From the IMG/VR virus record IMGVR_UViG_3300042453_005575, positions 26,077 to 90,076 of that record: a stretch of DNA of 64,000 bases; one strand, written 5' to 3'. The DNA comes from a virus. The translations under genes and the position numbers were made by a program. Below, in pieces: positions 27,872-37,148 of the stretch. Position 1 is the first letter of the stretch; every line of letters begins with the position of its first letter. The notes under the pieces are model-generated. The model was not told the DNA's origin. It did no database searches and saw only the letters and a list, made by a program, of their open reading frames with translations.

Positions 27872-28270
27872 ATGGGACTAGACATGTTTGCATATAGTGT
27901 ACCTAAAAACCATGCAATTTCTCCATTTAGTTACACCAAAGATACACAAAAAGAAATACATTATTGGAGAAAACACCCGGCTTTGCATGAGTGGATGGAA
28001 ACATTATGGACAGAAAAGATGCGGGATGCTAATTATGGGTATTTGGATGCGTCATTAACGTTTAATACTTGCCCTATAGAACTGAATTCAGAAGACTTAG
28101 ACCGCTTAGAAAAAGATATTAAGTGCAATAATCTTTCACATAAAAAAAGGTTTTTTTCATGTGAAAATTCTCCGGATGAAGAACGCGTTATTGACGATTT
28201 AACATTCATACATAAAGCTCGCCAAGAATTATCAGACGGAAACGCTATCTATTACGATTCTTGGTGGTGA
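27872..28270 (+). CDS. Conserved phage hypothetical protein
   Basis: MGLDM...YWRKH.ALH.W...YYDSWW pattern common in phages. Confidence 0.7.
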   Translation: MGLDMFAYSVPKNHAISPFSYTKDTQKEIHYWRKHPALHEWMETLWTEKMRDANYGYLDASLTFNTCPIELNSEDLDRLEKDIKCNNLSHKKRFFSCENSPDEERVIDDLTFIHKARQELSDGNAIYYDSWW

Positions 28271-28325
28271 TATTAAATAAATTTTCCACCTTGATCGCCG
28301 GCATATTTACGTAGATAATATATGC

Positions 28326-28979
28326 ATGACTAACTCCGAGCTAGAAGAACATTGGAATAACAAACATCCTAAAAATCCAGTTATTTACACCGGGAGAGCT
28401 ATACCTAGCAAATGTCCTACATGTAAAAGTAATACTTTACAGGATAAGGTTAGGATCGATGTAAAAACAATGCTTTCTGCGAATGACTATCAGCTTAAAA
28501 AATTAGCGGAAGTCGAACGCCTGATTGGGGTTAGCTATGATGAAACTATATGGAACATCCAAAAATGGGTAGTCAAAAACATCAAATATGTCGGCGACGA
28601 TTTAAGCCAAGGGGTATTAGAATATTGGCAGTTTCCTTTTGAGACTTTAAACCTCAGGTTGGGTGATTGCGAAGACGGTGCTTTGCTGCTGGCAGGGTTG
28701 GCGATAAACAGCAATGTCCCGGCTTTCAGGGTTCGTATGGTGGCTGGAAATGTTCAGCCTGATGTAACGGCCCCGGAAGGCGGGCATGCTTATGTAATGT
28801 ACTTACGAGAATCAGATAATCAATGGGTTGCTATAGATTGGTGTTACTTAGAAGATTCGGCTGTGCCAGTAGCATCCAAAAAGTTATTTAACCAAAACTC
28901 TAGTTACAAAAATATTTGGTTTTCATTTAACCAAATGTTCTCATGGTCCAAAAGAGCAGAGGAGTTCATGTCTTTTTGA
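28326..28979 (+). CDS. Transglutaminase-like cysteine protease
   Basis: YWQFPFETL...GDCEDGA (Cys), GGHAY (His), AIDW (Asp) triad. Confidence 0.8.
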   Translation: MTNSELEEHWNNKHPKNPVIYTGRAIPSKCPTCKSNTLQDKVRIDVKTMLSANDYQLKKLAEVERLIGVSYDETIWNIQKWVVKNIKYVGDDLSQGVLEYWQFPFETLNLRLGDCEDGALLLAGLAINSNVPAFRVRMVAGNVQPDVTAPEGGHAYVMYLRESDNQWVAIDWCYLEDSAVPVASKKLFNQNSSYKNIWFSFNQMFSWSKRAEEFMSF

Positions 28980-29063
28980 ACTAGCTGTGGGCTCACAAAG
29001 TCGGTAGAGTATAAATTCATAAATTCGAAAGCGGAGTCTAGTTTGACTACCGGGTTCATTTTT

Positions 29064-29137
29064 GCGGGATTGTTGTAATGGTAGCGATTCTCTTTTACAC
29101 GGAGAAAGTGGAGGTTCGATTCCTTCATCCCGCACCA
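29064..29137 (+). tRNA. tRNA-Val(UAC)
   Basis: GCGGGAT/ATCCCGC acceptor stem, loop TTTACAC, GGTTCGATTCC, encoded CCA. Confidence 0.9.
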
Positions 29138-29142
29138 AATTT

Positions 29143-29472
29143 ATGCAAGAACAAAATAATTGTAATACAACTTTAATAGAAATACCTTTAAAAAAAGATC
29201 AAGATGACCTGTGGTTGAATAAAAGATTGCGGAATGCGGCAGTCCAAATAACATGCAAAAAATACGTAGATAAGACCGCATCTCCTAAAGAGTATGCGCA
29301 AGACAACGGGATGCACTGCCCTTTTTGCCGTAGTTATACGATGACTAGCGGAAATATAGAAATCGATGATACACAAATATTCCAAAAAATTTCCTGCCTC
29401 GAATGTGGAGAATCCTGGTGCGATATCTATAAACTGGCTGGGTATTATAGCCCAAAAACTGTGTGCCTATAA
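29143..29472 (+). CDS. Zinc-ribbon protein
   Basis: CPFC...CLECGESW; start at 29143, after the tRNA. Confidence 0.6.
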   Translation: MQEQNNCNTTLIEIPLKKDQDDLWLNKRLRNAAVQITCKKYVDKTASPKEYAQDNGMHCPFCRSYTMTSGNIEIDDTQIFQKISCLECGESWCDIYKLAGYYSPKTVCL

Positions 29473-29498
29473 CATGGGACTAACTATTAAAACACAAC

Positions 29499-29849
29499 AT
29501 GGAATCAACTACTAAAGCACAACAAACAAATTCAACGAAAGCCGGCCAAGAAAATAATAACGGTACCTGCTTTTCCACTATATCAAAAGTGCATTATACC
29601 CTTCTGGGAGAACATCCAGAAGATAGGATTTATGGAGATAAGGAACATATTCAGAAGCTGTACACATATATAACTTCTATAATATGTGGGCTAGCAGATA
29701 GCTTGAGGCTAACTTTATCCGGAGAAAAAATATTAATAGATTATTTGAACGATGCCCGTGACATTCTTTTCGAAGAATATCTTGAAGAGAAAAATTTAAA
29801 ATATGTAGATTTAGTTTGCGAAAATAATCATTACATACGCAATAAATAA
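29499..29849 (+). CDS. Hypothetical protein
   Basis: ORF in co-directional array. Confidence 0.5.
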   Translation: MESTTKAQQTNSTKAGQENNNGTCFSTISKVHYTLLGEHPEDRIYGDKEHIQKLYTYITSIICGLADSLRLTLSGEKILIDYLNDARDILFEEYLEEKNLKYVDLVCENNHYIRNK

Positions 29850-29853
29850 ATAA

Positions 29854-30081
29854 ATGAAAGCAATACTCGAATTTGACCTGCCGGACGATAAACATGACCA
29901 TGCATACGCCGTAGCCGGGCTTGACGCATTAATACTTATAGACGATGTTTTGAATGAAATACGAAATAAACTTAAATATGAAGGTGGAGCGTTTAAAGAA
30001 TGTGATGATGCTACGCTAGAAAAAGTAAGAGAATTTATACTGGGGCTAAAACAAGCCAGTAATATCCCTGAATTAATTTAA
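29854..30081 (+). CDS. Conserved phage hypothetical protein
   Basis: MKAILEFDLPDD N-terminus common in phages. Confidence 0.65.
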   Translation: MKAILEFDLPDDKHDHAYAVAGLDALILIDDVLNEIRNKLKYEGGAFKECDDATLEKVREFILGLKQASNIPELI

Positions 30082-30099
30082 ACTATATATTTTGTCGCA

Positions 30100-31035
30100 A
30101 TGAATAAAACAAGATTAGGGTACTGTTGTATTTCTTTAGGTGAGCACTTAAGTAAATTTAGAACAATAACTTTAACCAGAGCAAAGGCCTTAGGCGCAGA
30201 AGCAAAAGACAAACCTTACAAGCTTTGGCGAAAAGAAAAGTTATTCACGATATGGCGGCATAATTTGCAGGAGTACGTGGATATTTTGCACTATAATTTA
30301 CAAAATAATTTTCAGGTTTACAGAATAAGCAGCGATTTATTTCCTCTTGCCGACCATGAGGACTTTTTGTCTATCTGGGATGATTTTTCATCAGACAAAG
30401 CTAACTTCAACCAAGCCTATCAAGCTACACAATACGTAATTTCGGCCGGATTTAGATTATGCGCTCACCCTGGACAATTCGTCTCACTCGGGAGCCCAAA
30501 CGATAGAGTTAGAGAAAATTCTATAAAAAATTTAGAGCTGCATGCAAAAATATTTGATTTGCTTGGTTTAGAGAAAACGTGGGAATCCCCGTTAAATATC
30601 CATTTAAGCAACGGGAAAGATAATATAAAAAATTTAAAATATTTTCAAAGCTCTATAGAAAAATTAAGCGAGTCCGCGCGATCAAGATTGATTTTTGAAA
30701 ATGAAGATAAATCTTTTTGGGTTTGGCAGAACATACGTAAATATTTTGAAAATTTTCCTGTGACTTTAGATTTTCATCATAGAGCTATAAATAATCTTGG
30801 CGAGCAAGAGAAAGAGGCGTTTGACGCTTGTAAAAGCTCTTGGGGAAAATTTCGACCATTAATGCATATCTCAGAAGGGAAAACCGGAAAAATGGATAGA
30901 ACTCATCATGACTGGGTAGAGACCTTGCCGGAATGTATTTTATCTGATGGTGGAGTTGACCTGGAAATAGAGGCTAAGAAAAAAGACTTGTCTGTTTTTA
31001 AACTGCGGAAAAAATATGCAATGTTAGTTATTTGA
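30100..31035 (+). CDS. uvsE: UV DNA damage endonuclease (UVDE)
   Basis: RLGYCCI, YRISSDLFP, HPGQF, NIH, FENED, LDFHH, HISE, HHD, EIEAKKKD. Confidence 0.92.
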   Translation: MNKTRLGYCCISLGEHLSKFRTITLTRAKALGAEAKDKPYKLWRKEKLFTIWRHNLQEYVDILHYNLQNNFQVYRISSDLFPLADHEDFLSIWDDFSSDKANFNQAYQATQYVISAGFRLCAHPGQFVSLGSPNDRVRENSIKNLELHAKIFDLLGLEKTWESPLNIHLSNGKDNIKNLKYFQSSIEKLSESARSRLIFENEDKSFWVWQNIRKYFENFPVTLDFHHRAINNLGEQEKEAFDACKSSWGKFRPLMHISEGKTGKMDRTHHDWVETLPECILSDGGVDLEIEAKKKDLSVFKLRKKYAMLVI

Positions 31036-31257
31036 ATTGGATGCAAAGAGTGTACATAAATTTTAACTGGTTAGCTAAAAAATATGGAGGATTATATATA
31101 GGTTTACGTGCAAATTTTCCTACCTATATTTTATACAGTAATCAAAGAATATATAAAACACGTATTATAAGTATTGGGCTGCTATTTTTTCAAATATCTG
31201 TACGTATTCGAGGAAAAAGGGGAAGAACCATAACACAAAATATACCGTGCTGGAAAA

Positions 31258-31869
31258 ATGAAAGCTAAATTCCAAAATATAACTATAACTAAAGAGTTTT
31301 TAGATCAAAATCAAACTGCTTTCTATGTATATAGCGATAACGGGCAAAAAACAGCTACTCCGGAAGATGCGCAATTTAGAGGATATCCTAGAGCAATTGG
31401 GTTTGTGACAAGAAAGATGTGGCAAATAATACCTTCATCATTTTTTAGACCTGAAGAGTACATAAAACCTTTTTTTGACCAACTGAAGCAGTTGCGTCAG
31501 TATATCCAGAGTAACCCAGGCCATACGTTCTATATATCAAAATTAGGTTATTCTACCGATAATTATTATTATATCTGGGAAAAAATAATTGGGCATAATT
31601 TGATAGATGATTTGGCTGAATTTGAAAACGTGATATTTTGCTGGGAAAATACCCTCGAACCCCAGGCTGTTTCTTCACCCACGAATGAACTCGCTAATAA
31701 TGATAAAGATGATAAAATACGTGAATTAGAACTAAAATTGGATGAAGCTTATGCTGTTATAGATGCGCAGCGAGATGAATTCACGAGAAATCTAGAAGAA
31801 GTGGAAAACAGCGTTGACTCAAGCTACCGTAGTGTTAGATATTATTCAAAGTCTGATGATCTAGAATAA
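31258..31869 (+). CDS. Hypothetical protein with C-terminal coiled coil
   Basis: FYVYSDN...AIGFVTRK. Confidence 0.55.
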   Translation: MKAKFQNITITKEFLDQNQTAFYVYSDNGQKTATPEDAQFRGYPRAIGFVTRKMWQIIPSSFFRPEEYIKPFFDQLKQLRQYIQSNPGHTFYISKLGYSTDNYYYIWEKIIGHNLIDDLAEFENVIFCWENTLEPQAVSSPTNELANNDKDDKIRELELKLDEAYAVIDAQRDEFTRNLEEVENSVDSSYRSVRYYSKSDDLE

Positions 31870-31873
31870 AGTT

Positions 31874-32437
31874 ATGCAGAATATCAAAAAAATATTAAAT
31901 GATCAAATTATTGCCGGTAGGCTGCTCGAAGAAATTAAAATAAACGAACGGTTCACTAGCCACAGCTGGAAATTGATTGATTTACCTCAAAAAGAAACAG
32001 CAGGTAAAAATAGATTAGAAGGCATACAACTGGTAAGTGCAAATTTTAAACAAACCGAGGGCAGCTACGCAAAAAATTCATATTTATCGACTCATTACCC
32101 TTATTCGGAAGAAATATTGAGTTTGTTTGAATCACTATGCTGCGGTCCAGTAGTTAACGCTGCTTTTATAAGATTAACACAGGGAGACGCGCTTTTACCT
32201 CATAAAGATAATGATTGTTTCTTGCCTGACTCTGACTTTCATTTCCATCACGACCACTATCATTTTATGGTAAGAGGAAAAATAGAGCTTTCGGTGGAAA
32301 CAGAGGTTTTTACTGTTGTAACAGGGGACTTTATTTTTTTTAAAAATGAGCTGTTGCACAGTTTTAAAAATCTAGAAACCTCGGACAGCTTAATACTTGT
32401 TCTAGATGTCAGAACACCCGAAAAATATAGGAACTGA
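31874..32437 (+). CDS. 2OG-Fe(II)/cupin hydroxylase (aspartyl/asparaginyl beta-hydroxylase-like)
   Basis: LLPHKD (HxD), HYHF, FFKNELLHSFKN distal His, LVLDV. Confidence 0.7.
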   Translation: MQNIKKILNDQIIAGRLLEEIKINERFTSHSWKLIDLPQKETAGKNRLEGIQLVSANFKQTEGSYAKNSYLSTHYPYSEEILSLFESLCCGPVVNAAFIRLTQGDALLPHKDNDCFLPDSDFHFHHDHYHFMVRGKIELSVETEVFTVVTGDFIFFKNELLHSFKNLETSDSLILVLDVRTPEKYRN

Positions 32438-32511
32438 CACATCCATTCGTATATGATAAAATTATTTTTTTCGGTAGTAGAGTGTTCCGAAATAAGTAGT
32501 CTCTTTTTGCC

Positions 32512-32750
32512 TGTTAGTGTGTTAGAAGAGATTATGAAGCCGGTCGAGTTAAGCTACGATAAAACTACGACACCGAGCATTATATAAACACAGGCTTTGG
32601 ACGGCGTTTTAGCCTTTTTGGGCTGGAACTCGTTAAGGAAGGGGACAATTTCCGGAGCAAACCCCCTTCGAACACTAACAATAATGTGGGCTGGTTCCCG
32701 ATGACCCAGTGAGTCGGATATTTCCGACCGAAAACAAAATCGGAGGCACT
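32512..32750 (+). ncRNA. Large structured non-coding RNA, resembles the manA RNA motif
   Basis: Long-range pairs TGTTAGTGT(32512-20)/ACACTAACA(32672-80), GCATTAT/ATAATGT, GCCG/CGGC, CGAG/CTCG; hairpins GAAGGGG/CCCCTTC and GTCGGA/TCCGAC; intergenic, near a tRNA cluster. The manA resemblance is from memory, not a search. Confidence 0.6.
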
Positions 32751-32779
32751 TAAGCTTTTTAAACCTAAAAATTAAAATT

Positions 32780-33001
32780 ATGCCCAAACTCACTCTTAAA
32801 AAATTTCGAGAAATGACTGAAAATCTTTCTGAAAACACTCTTTTGGCTTACCATAGTTTTGACAAAGGCCTTTGCTTGACTAGCTATCGTGTAGAAGATT
32901 TTTGGCTTTTCCCTAAAGACCATCCTAACAAAACTTTAATTGTGCTGAACCCTGCCTCAGATTATGACACTCGAGCTTCTCGAAAGGTTGAAGAAAAGTA
33001 A
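32780..33001 (+). CDS. Hypothetical protein
   Basis: ORF directly downstream of the structured RNA. Confidence 0.55.
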   Translation: MPKLTLKKFREMTENLSENTLLAYHSFDKGLCLTSYRVEDFWLFPKDHPNKTLIVLNPASDYDTRASRKVEEK

Positions 33002-33074
33002 TTGCACGGTGTTTAAAACTATGCTATAGATAAAATATGGCCAGCACTAAATTTAACCTTTTGTACTTTATCTA

Positions 33075-33145
33075 GCGAAATTAGTTTAATGGTAGAACTG
33101 GACTCTTCCAAAGTCAGGACGAGGGTTCGATTCCCTCATTTCGCA
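33075..33145 (+). tRNA. tRNA-Gly(UCC)
   Basis: GCGAAAT/ATTTCGC acceptor stem, loop CTTCCAA, GGTTCGATTCC. Confidence 0.85.
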
Positions 33146-33147
33146 GT

Positions 33148-33222
33148 GCCGGTGTAGCTCAGTGGTAGAGCGTCGGTTTTGTAAACCGTTGGTCGTCGGT
33201 TCGAATCCGACCGCTGGCTCCA
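33148..33222 (+). tRNA. tRNA-Thr(UGU)
   Basis: GCCGGTG/CGCTGGC acceptor stem, loop TTTGTAA, encoded CCA. Confidence 0.93.
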
Positions 33223-33230
33223 TTTATACT

Positions 33231-33302
33231 TTGCTCGTGGTGTAGCGGCTAGCATTACTCCTTGTGACGGAGTCGGGGCGGGTTCAAATCCCGTCGAGCA
33301 AC
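33231..33302 (+). tRNA. tRNA-His(GUG)
   Basis: TTGCTCG/CGAGCAA acceptor stem, ACTCC-TTGTGAC-GGAGT anticodon arm, C73 discriminator. Confidence 0.88.
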
Positions 33303-33367
33303 TTTATCAAATTAAATTTTAAAGAGCATACACCAAAAAAGCAGCCTGATTTTGTGAAGAGCTGTAT

Positions 33368-33439
33368 GTCCTCGTAGTGTAACGGTTAGCACAGCAGGTT
33401 TTCATCCTGCTAGTCGGAGTTCGAGTCTCCGCGAGGATG
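33368..33439 (+). tRNA. tRNA-Glu(UUC)
   Basis: GTCCTCG/CGAGGAT acceptor stem, GCAGG-TTTTCAT-CCTGC anticodon arm. Confidence 0.9.
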
Positions 33440-33488
33440 CGTTGTTCTTGTTGATCATTTCTATAAATAGCTTATAGTATCTTTTTAC

Positions 33489-34064
33489 ATGAAACTTCTA
33501 TCTACAGAACCTTTCGGGAAGATATATTTAAAAAATAAATATTTCGACTCTCCTGAAATAATTGATGCTTTGGTGTCAATAACTAGAAATGCTTTCTTTC
33601 CTCCTGAAAGAAAGCCGTACATAACTAAAAAAGGAAGAACTGCGCAGTGGGCGTTTGATTTCAGAGTAGCTCTTTTTGAGCAGACCACGCGGGTATTCAT
33701 GCCTCATCTAGCTAGATACCTAAGCGAACAAAACTACAGTACAATTGGTGTTAGAGGCTACGGAGCTTTCCCATTTATAGGATTATTACAATACCCTGGG
33801 ATAAATAATATACTGGTTGTAAGAGAAAAAAGAAAACCTTACGCATTTCTCAAAGACATAGAGGGTGATGCAGACATTAATTCCCCAGTTTGTTTGCTAG
33901 AAGACCTCGTTAACAGCGGTAAAAGTTTAATGGTGGCCCACCAAATATTCGCTAGAAATAAATATAACGTAAACAAATATGTTTCTTTTCTTAATTTTGG
34001 TTGGAACACAAATAAGAAGTTGAACGTAAGTTTATTAGATACTATTTTAGAACTGCACAGATAA
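33489..34064 (+). CDS. Type I phosphoribosyltransferase (orotate PRTase-like)
   Basis: VREKRKPY flexible loop and VCLLEDLVNSGKS PRPP-binding motif. Confidence 0.75.
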   Translation: MKLLSTEPFGKIYLKNKYFDSPEIIDALVSITRNAFFPPERKPYITKKGRTAQWAFDFRVALFEQTTRVFMPHLARYLSEQNYSTIGVRGYGAFPFIGLLQYPGINNILVVREKRKPYAFLKDIEGDADINSPVCLLEDLVNSGKSLMVAHQIFARNKYNVNKYVSFLNFGWNTNKKLNVSLLDTILELHR

Positions 34065-34071
34065 TAACACT

Positions 34072-34845
34072 ATGCCCGTTAAAACAATATGCGTGGTGCC
34101 TCATGGAGGTATTCTTATCAATGGTAGGGCGAATACAAAAAAAACTATAAAAGGGTTTGAATGCGTGGCTAAGAAACTAAGTAAGAAAAATATATCTCAT
34201 CTTTTTATAGTAGACCCTCACGATATCATACACAGGCAAAAGTTTATGTGTTTTCTTTCATCTGTGTATAGTGAAGAAAAACCTGAGAGCAGAAATAAAA
34301 TAGATCGTATATATATGGGTAGTGCTGCGCTTAATCTAGCGCTTTTATCTATAAAATCTAACTATATATCGCATAAAGTAGAAATAAACCACAATATAAA
34401 ATGGGGGTCTTCTGTTCCTCTTTACTTTTTATCAGGGAAAAACAGAAGCATTACAGTAGCCTCCATAGACCGAAAGATCCCCACAAACGATATACGAAAA
34501 GCTGGTTGCGAAATATTCGAATTATTGAATAACCGGCAAGAAAATATTGCTATAGTGTTATCTTGCGATTTATCACACAGCCATTCTACCGAAAATCTTG
34601 ATTTTCCTTACCACTGTAATTCAAAAATTTACGATGACCATGTTTATAATACTGTAAACATGCAAAAAATAGAAAATTATAATGATATACCTGACATTAT
34701 TATTGAAACAGCTCGGACTGATGCTCACGCGCAGCTAACTATGCTCGCAGGAATATGCACTAAATATAGCTATTGCTCGAAAGTTTTTTCGTATGAAATT
34801 CCATCATACTATGGAATGCTCACAGGAATTATTGAATTAGAATAA
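34072..34845 (+). CDS. LigB/MEMO-like (class III extradiol dioxygenase fold) protein
   Basis: VVPHG, VDPH, WGSSVPLYFL, VLSCDLSHSH, SYEIPSYYG. Confidence 0.7.
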   Translation: MPVKTICVVPHGGILINGRANTKKTIKGFECVAKKLSKKNISHLFIVDPHDIIHRQKFMCFLSSVYSEEKPESRNKIDRIYMGSAALNLALLSIKSNYISHKVEINHNIKWGSSVPLYFLSGKNRSITVASIDRKIPTNDIRKAGCEIFELLNNRQENIAIVLSCDLSHSHSTENLDFPYHCNSKIYDDHVYNTVNMQKIENYNDIPDIIIETARTDAHAQLTMLAGICTKYSYCSKVFSYEIPSYYGMLTGIIELE

Positions 34846-34848
34846 AAA

Positions 34849-35046
34849 ATGCATTGTTTAGACAAAATTAAAACTTATGCGGTGAGAGTTGAACATAATG
34901 GAAAAATTTACGAGGGAACTGTTTGGAAATACCCGAGCAGCAGTAAATTTTATAGCTGGGCATTTGTAGACCCCAAAGGCGACTACCCTGAAAAAACAAC
35001 AGAACATGAAATTGTGGAATATCTTCAAAAAAATTGGAAAGTCTAA
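34849..35046 (+). CDS. Small hypothetical protein (paralog of 38451-38666)
   Basis: SSKFYSWAFVDPKG...EIVEYLQKNW. Confidence 0.6.
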   Translation: MHCLDKIKTYAVRVEHNGKIYEGTVWKYPSSSKFYSWAFVDPKGDYPEKTTEHEIVEYLQKNWKV

Positions 35047-35314
35047 GACATATAGAATAGAAATCACGCAAGGTTGTGTTTATTTTCAAATGAAAATAAA
35101 CGAAACTTTTATTGATGAGCTTAATGAAAAAGAACAGTCTGAACTAGTTGATTATCTACTTATAAAATTAAAAGAATCTTATTCGCGGGGTGAAATAACT
35201 TTGCAGCGACTAATTGAAAATTTTGACTACGACGACTATCAATATGATTCTGTGCCGTGCGATCAGTGCGGTGACACAGTGTCTACTACAATTTGGAATA
35301 TATGAATATTACTT

Positions 35315-35614
35315 ATGACTTATGAGACATTTGAAAAAATAATTACGTCTTTACAAGATGGATCAAGCAAATACGATACACTGCATAGCCTAGGAATTGA
35401 TTTACTGGCGTATGATGAACCTTATCAAAATACTATATCCATTCTTATAGCTGAAGTTTTTGGCGAAACCGGTGCGGATTGGATTAATTGGTATTTGTAC
35501 GAAAAATTCCCGCCAGGGTCTAAAGAACCGCTTAAAGCTTGGGACGAAAACAATAACGAAATTTGTTATGATGTTAAGTCTCTATGGGAGGTAATAAAAG
35601 ATGCTCAATCTTGA
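35315..35614 (+). CDS. Conserved phage hypothetical protein
   Basis: GIDL...DWINWYLYE...ICYDVKSLWE. Confidence 0.65.
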   Translation: MTYETFEKIITSLQDGSSKYDTLHSLGIDLLAYDEPYQNTISILIAEVFGETGADWINWYLYEKFPPGSKEPLKAWDENNNEICYDVKSLWEVIKDAQS

Positions 35615-35796
35615 AGATTTGGAACCTAGAAAAGATGAATTTGTCGGAAAAACGTTGAATGAATTGGTGAGTTTAATGAAATCTTTAGAAAGTTCGATAT
35701 TTGATTCTCAATGCTACGGTGTAAATGATGTCACATTGTTGCTGCGTATAAAAAGAGAATTATCGGATAGAAGCTACAACTGGGAAACTCTGGATA

Positions 35797-35925
35797 ATGC
35801 GAGTCATAAATAAATTATTTTTACCTATATTAATTTTATTATTTAGTTACGCTCTTATGTTTTTTCTAACAAAACTAGGTGAAACAGCTATAAATTTTTA
35901 TACGACAACTTATTCATTTAAATAA
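35797..35925 (+). CDS. Small membrane protein (42 aa; below the track length cutoff)
   Basis: Manual translation MRVINKLFLPILILLFSYALMFFLTKLGETAINFYTTTYSFK; fills the gap between neighbouring genes. Confidence 0.45.
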   Translation: MRVINKLFLPILILLFSYALMFFLTKLGETAINFYTTTYSFK

Positions 35926-35927
35926 TC

Positions 35928-36212
35928 ATGAAAACCCCATCTCAAAAAGAAAAGATAGCCATGTATGAAAGTTTCCTCCATAAAATAAATACATTTGTCA
36001 TCTTAGTAGATAACGAAGGCATTAAAGAGCTAGTCACAAACGCTGATAACTTTTCATATGCTCATAGGCGTGGAAATGGCGAACTCTCCGATCGCCAGCA
36101 ACAAAGATTAATTAACAGCGCATTCTGGAAACTCTGTGACACGCCGGAGACAGATAGAAGAATAGCAGACAGGCAAAGAGCTTACACCCATAGCCGAGAT
36201 GAGAATAGGTAG
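35928..36212 (+). CDS. Hypothetical protein
   Basis: SYAHRRGNGEL motif; ORF in array. Confidence 0.6.
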   Translation: MKTPSQKEKIAMYESFLHKINTFVILVDNEGIKELVTNADNFSYAHRRGNGELSDRQQQRLINSAFWKLCDTPETDRRIADRQRAYTHSRDENR

Positions 36213-37148
36213 ATGGGAGCATAGTACAAAGCCGTCTGTGTTTATTGTTACAGAAAATGGAACAGAAATATATCGAGGAAATTATAAAGAAGGCAGCATT
36301 ATCATGAATGAATTACAGCATAATCCTGTACGCGACTTGAACAACGCTCGGAATTTACCGAGGGACACGCCAGAAATCGAGATAGTTCGAGGAAAAAATA
36401 ATCCTGTAGCGGACTTCTTTTCCTCTCCAAGCACCACACCAGAGACAGACGCTGCAGTTAGGGCTAGTGAAGGCCAATGGTCTTTTATATTAAAAGAATG
36501 TTCTCAAAAATTAGAGTTAGAATTAAGAGAAGCGAAAGAGAAAATAAAAGCCCAGGAGGAGCAAATAAGCTTATTGAAAAAAGCCGCTAATTTTACAAAT
36601 AATTTTAATTTTAGCGAAGAATTTTTTCAATGGCTTATGGCAAGTTCTTACGCGGCGTGCACTAGCGATATACATTTAGCCCTAAACGACGCTTGGGAGT
36701 CAGGTAAAAACGCAAAATTACAACAAACGCATGACTGTTGAAGAATTTTTGCAGATAAAAAATATAGATAAATTATCAGAACAAAGGCAAAAAATTTTTC
36801 ACACCGCGGAAAAATTAAACACAGTGCTGTTTAATGACAAATATTGGGATTTATTAGGCTTAATTAACACCCAATGGTATTACATCACTACAATCAAAAA
36901 AAAATATATAATCCTCAACACGACAGGCAATTTTAAACCATTTAAAAATATGAAAATTATCAGAGTATCTCCTTTTTCAGGCAAAACCAATGTGCGAGAA
37001 ATTGATGTTACAGAAGAACAGATTAAACTCTGGGAAGGCGGCGAGCTAATTCAAAACGCTATGCCTAATGTGTCGCCAGGTGATAGAGAATTCATCAAAT
37101 CAGGAATAACTGATGAAGAGTGGAATGAAACTTTTGGAGAATAAAACC

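Noticed and set aside
32554-32838. 94-aa minus-strand ORF
   Set aside because: Antisense to the structured RNA and a plus-strand gene; no protein motif
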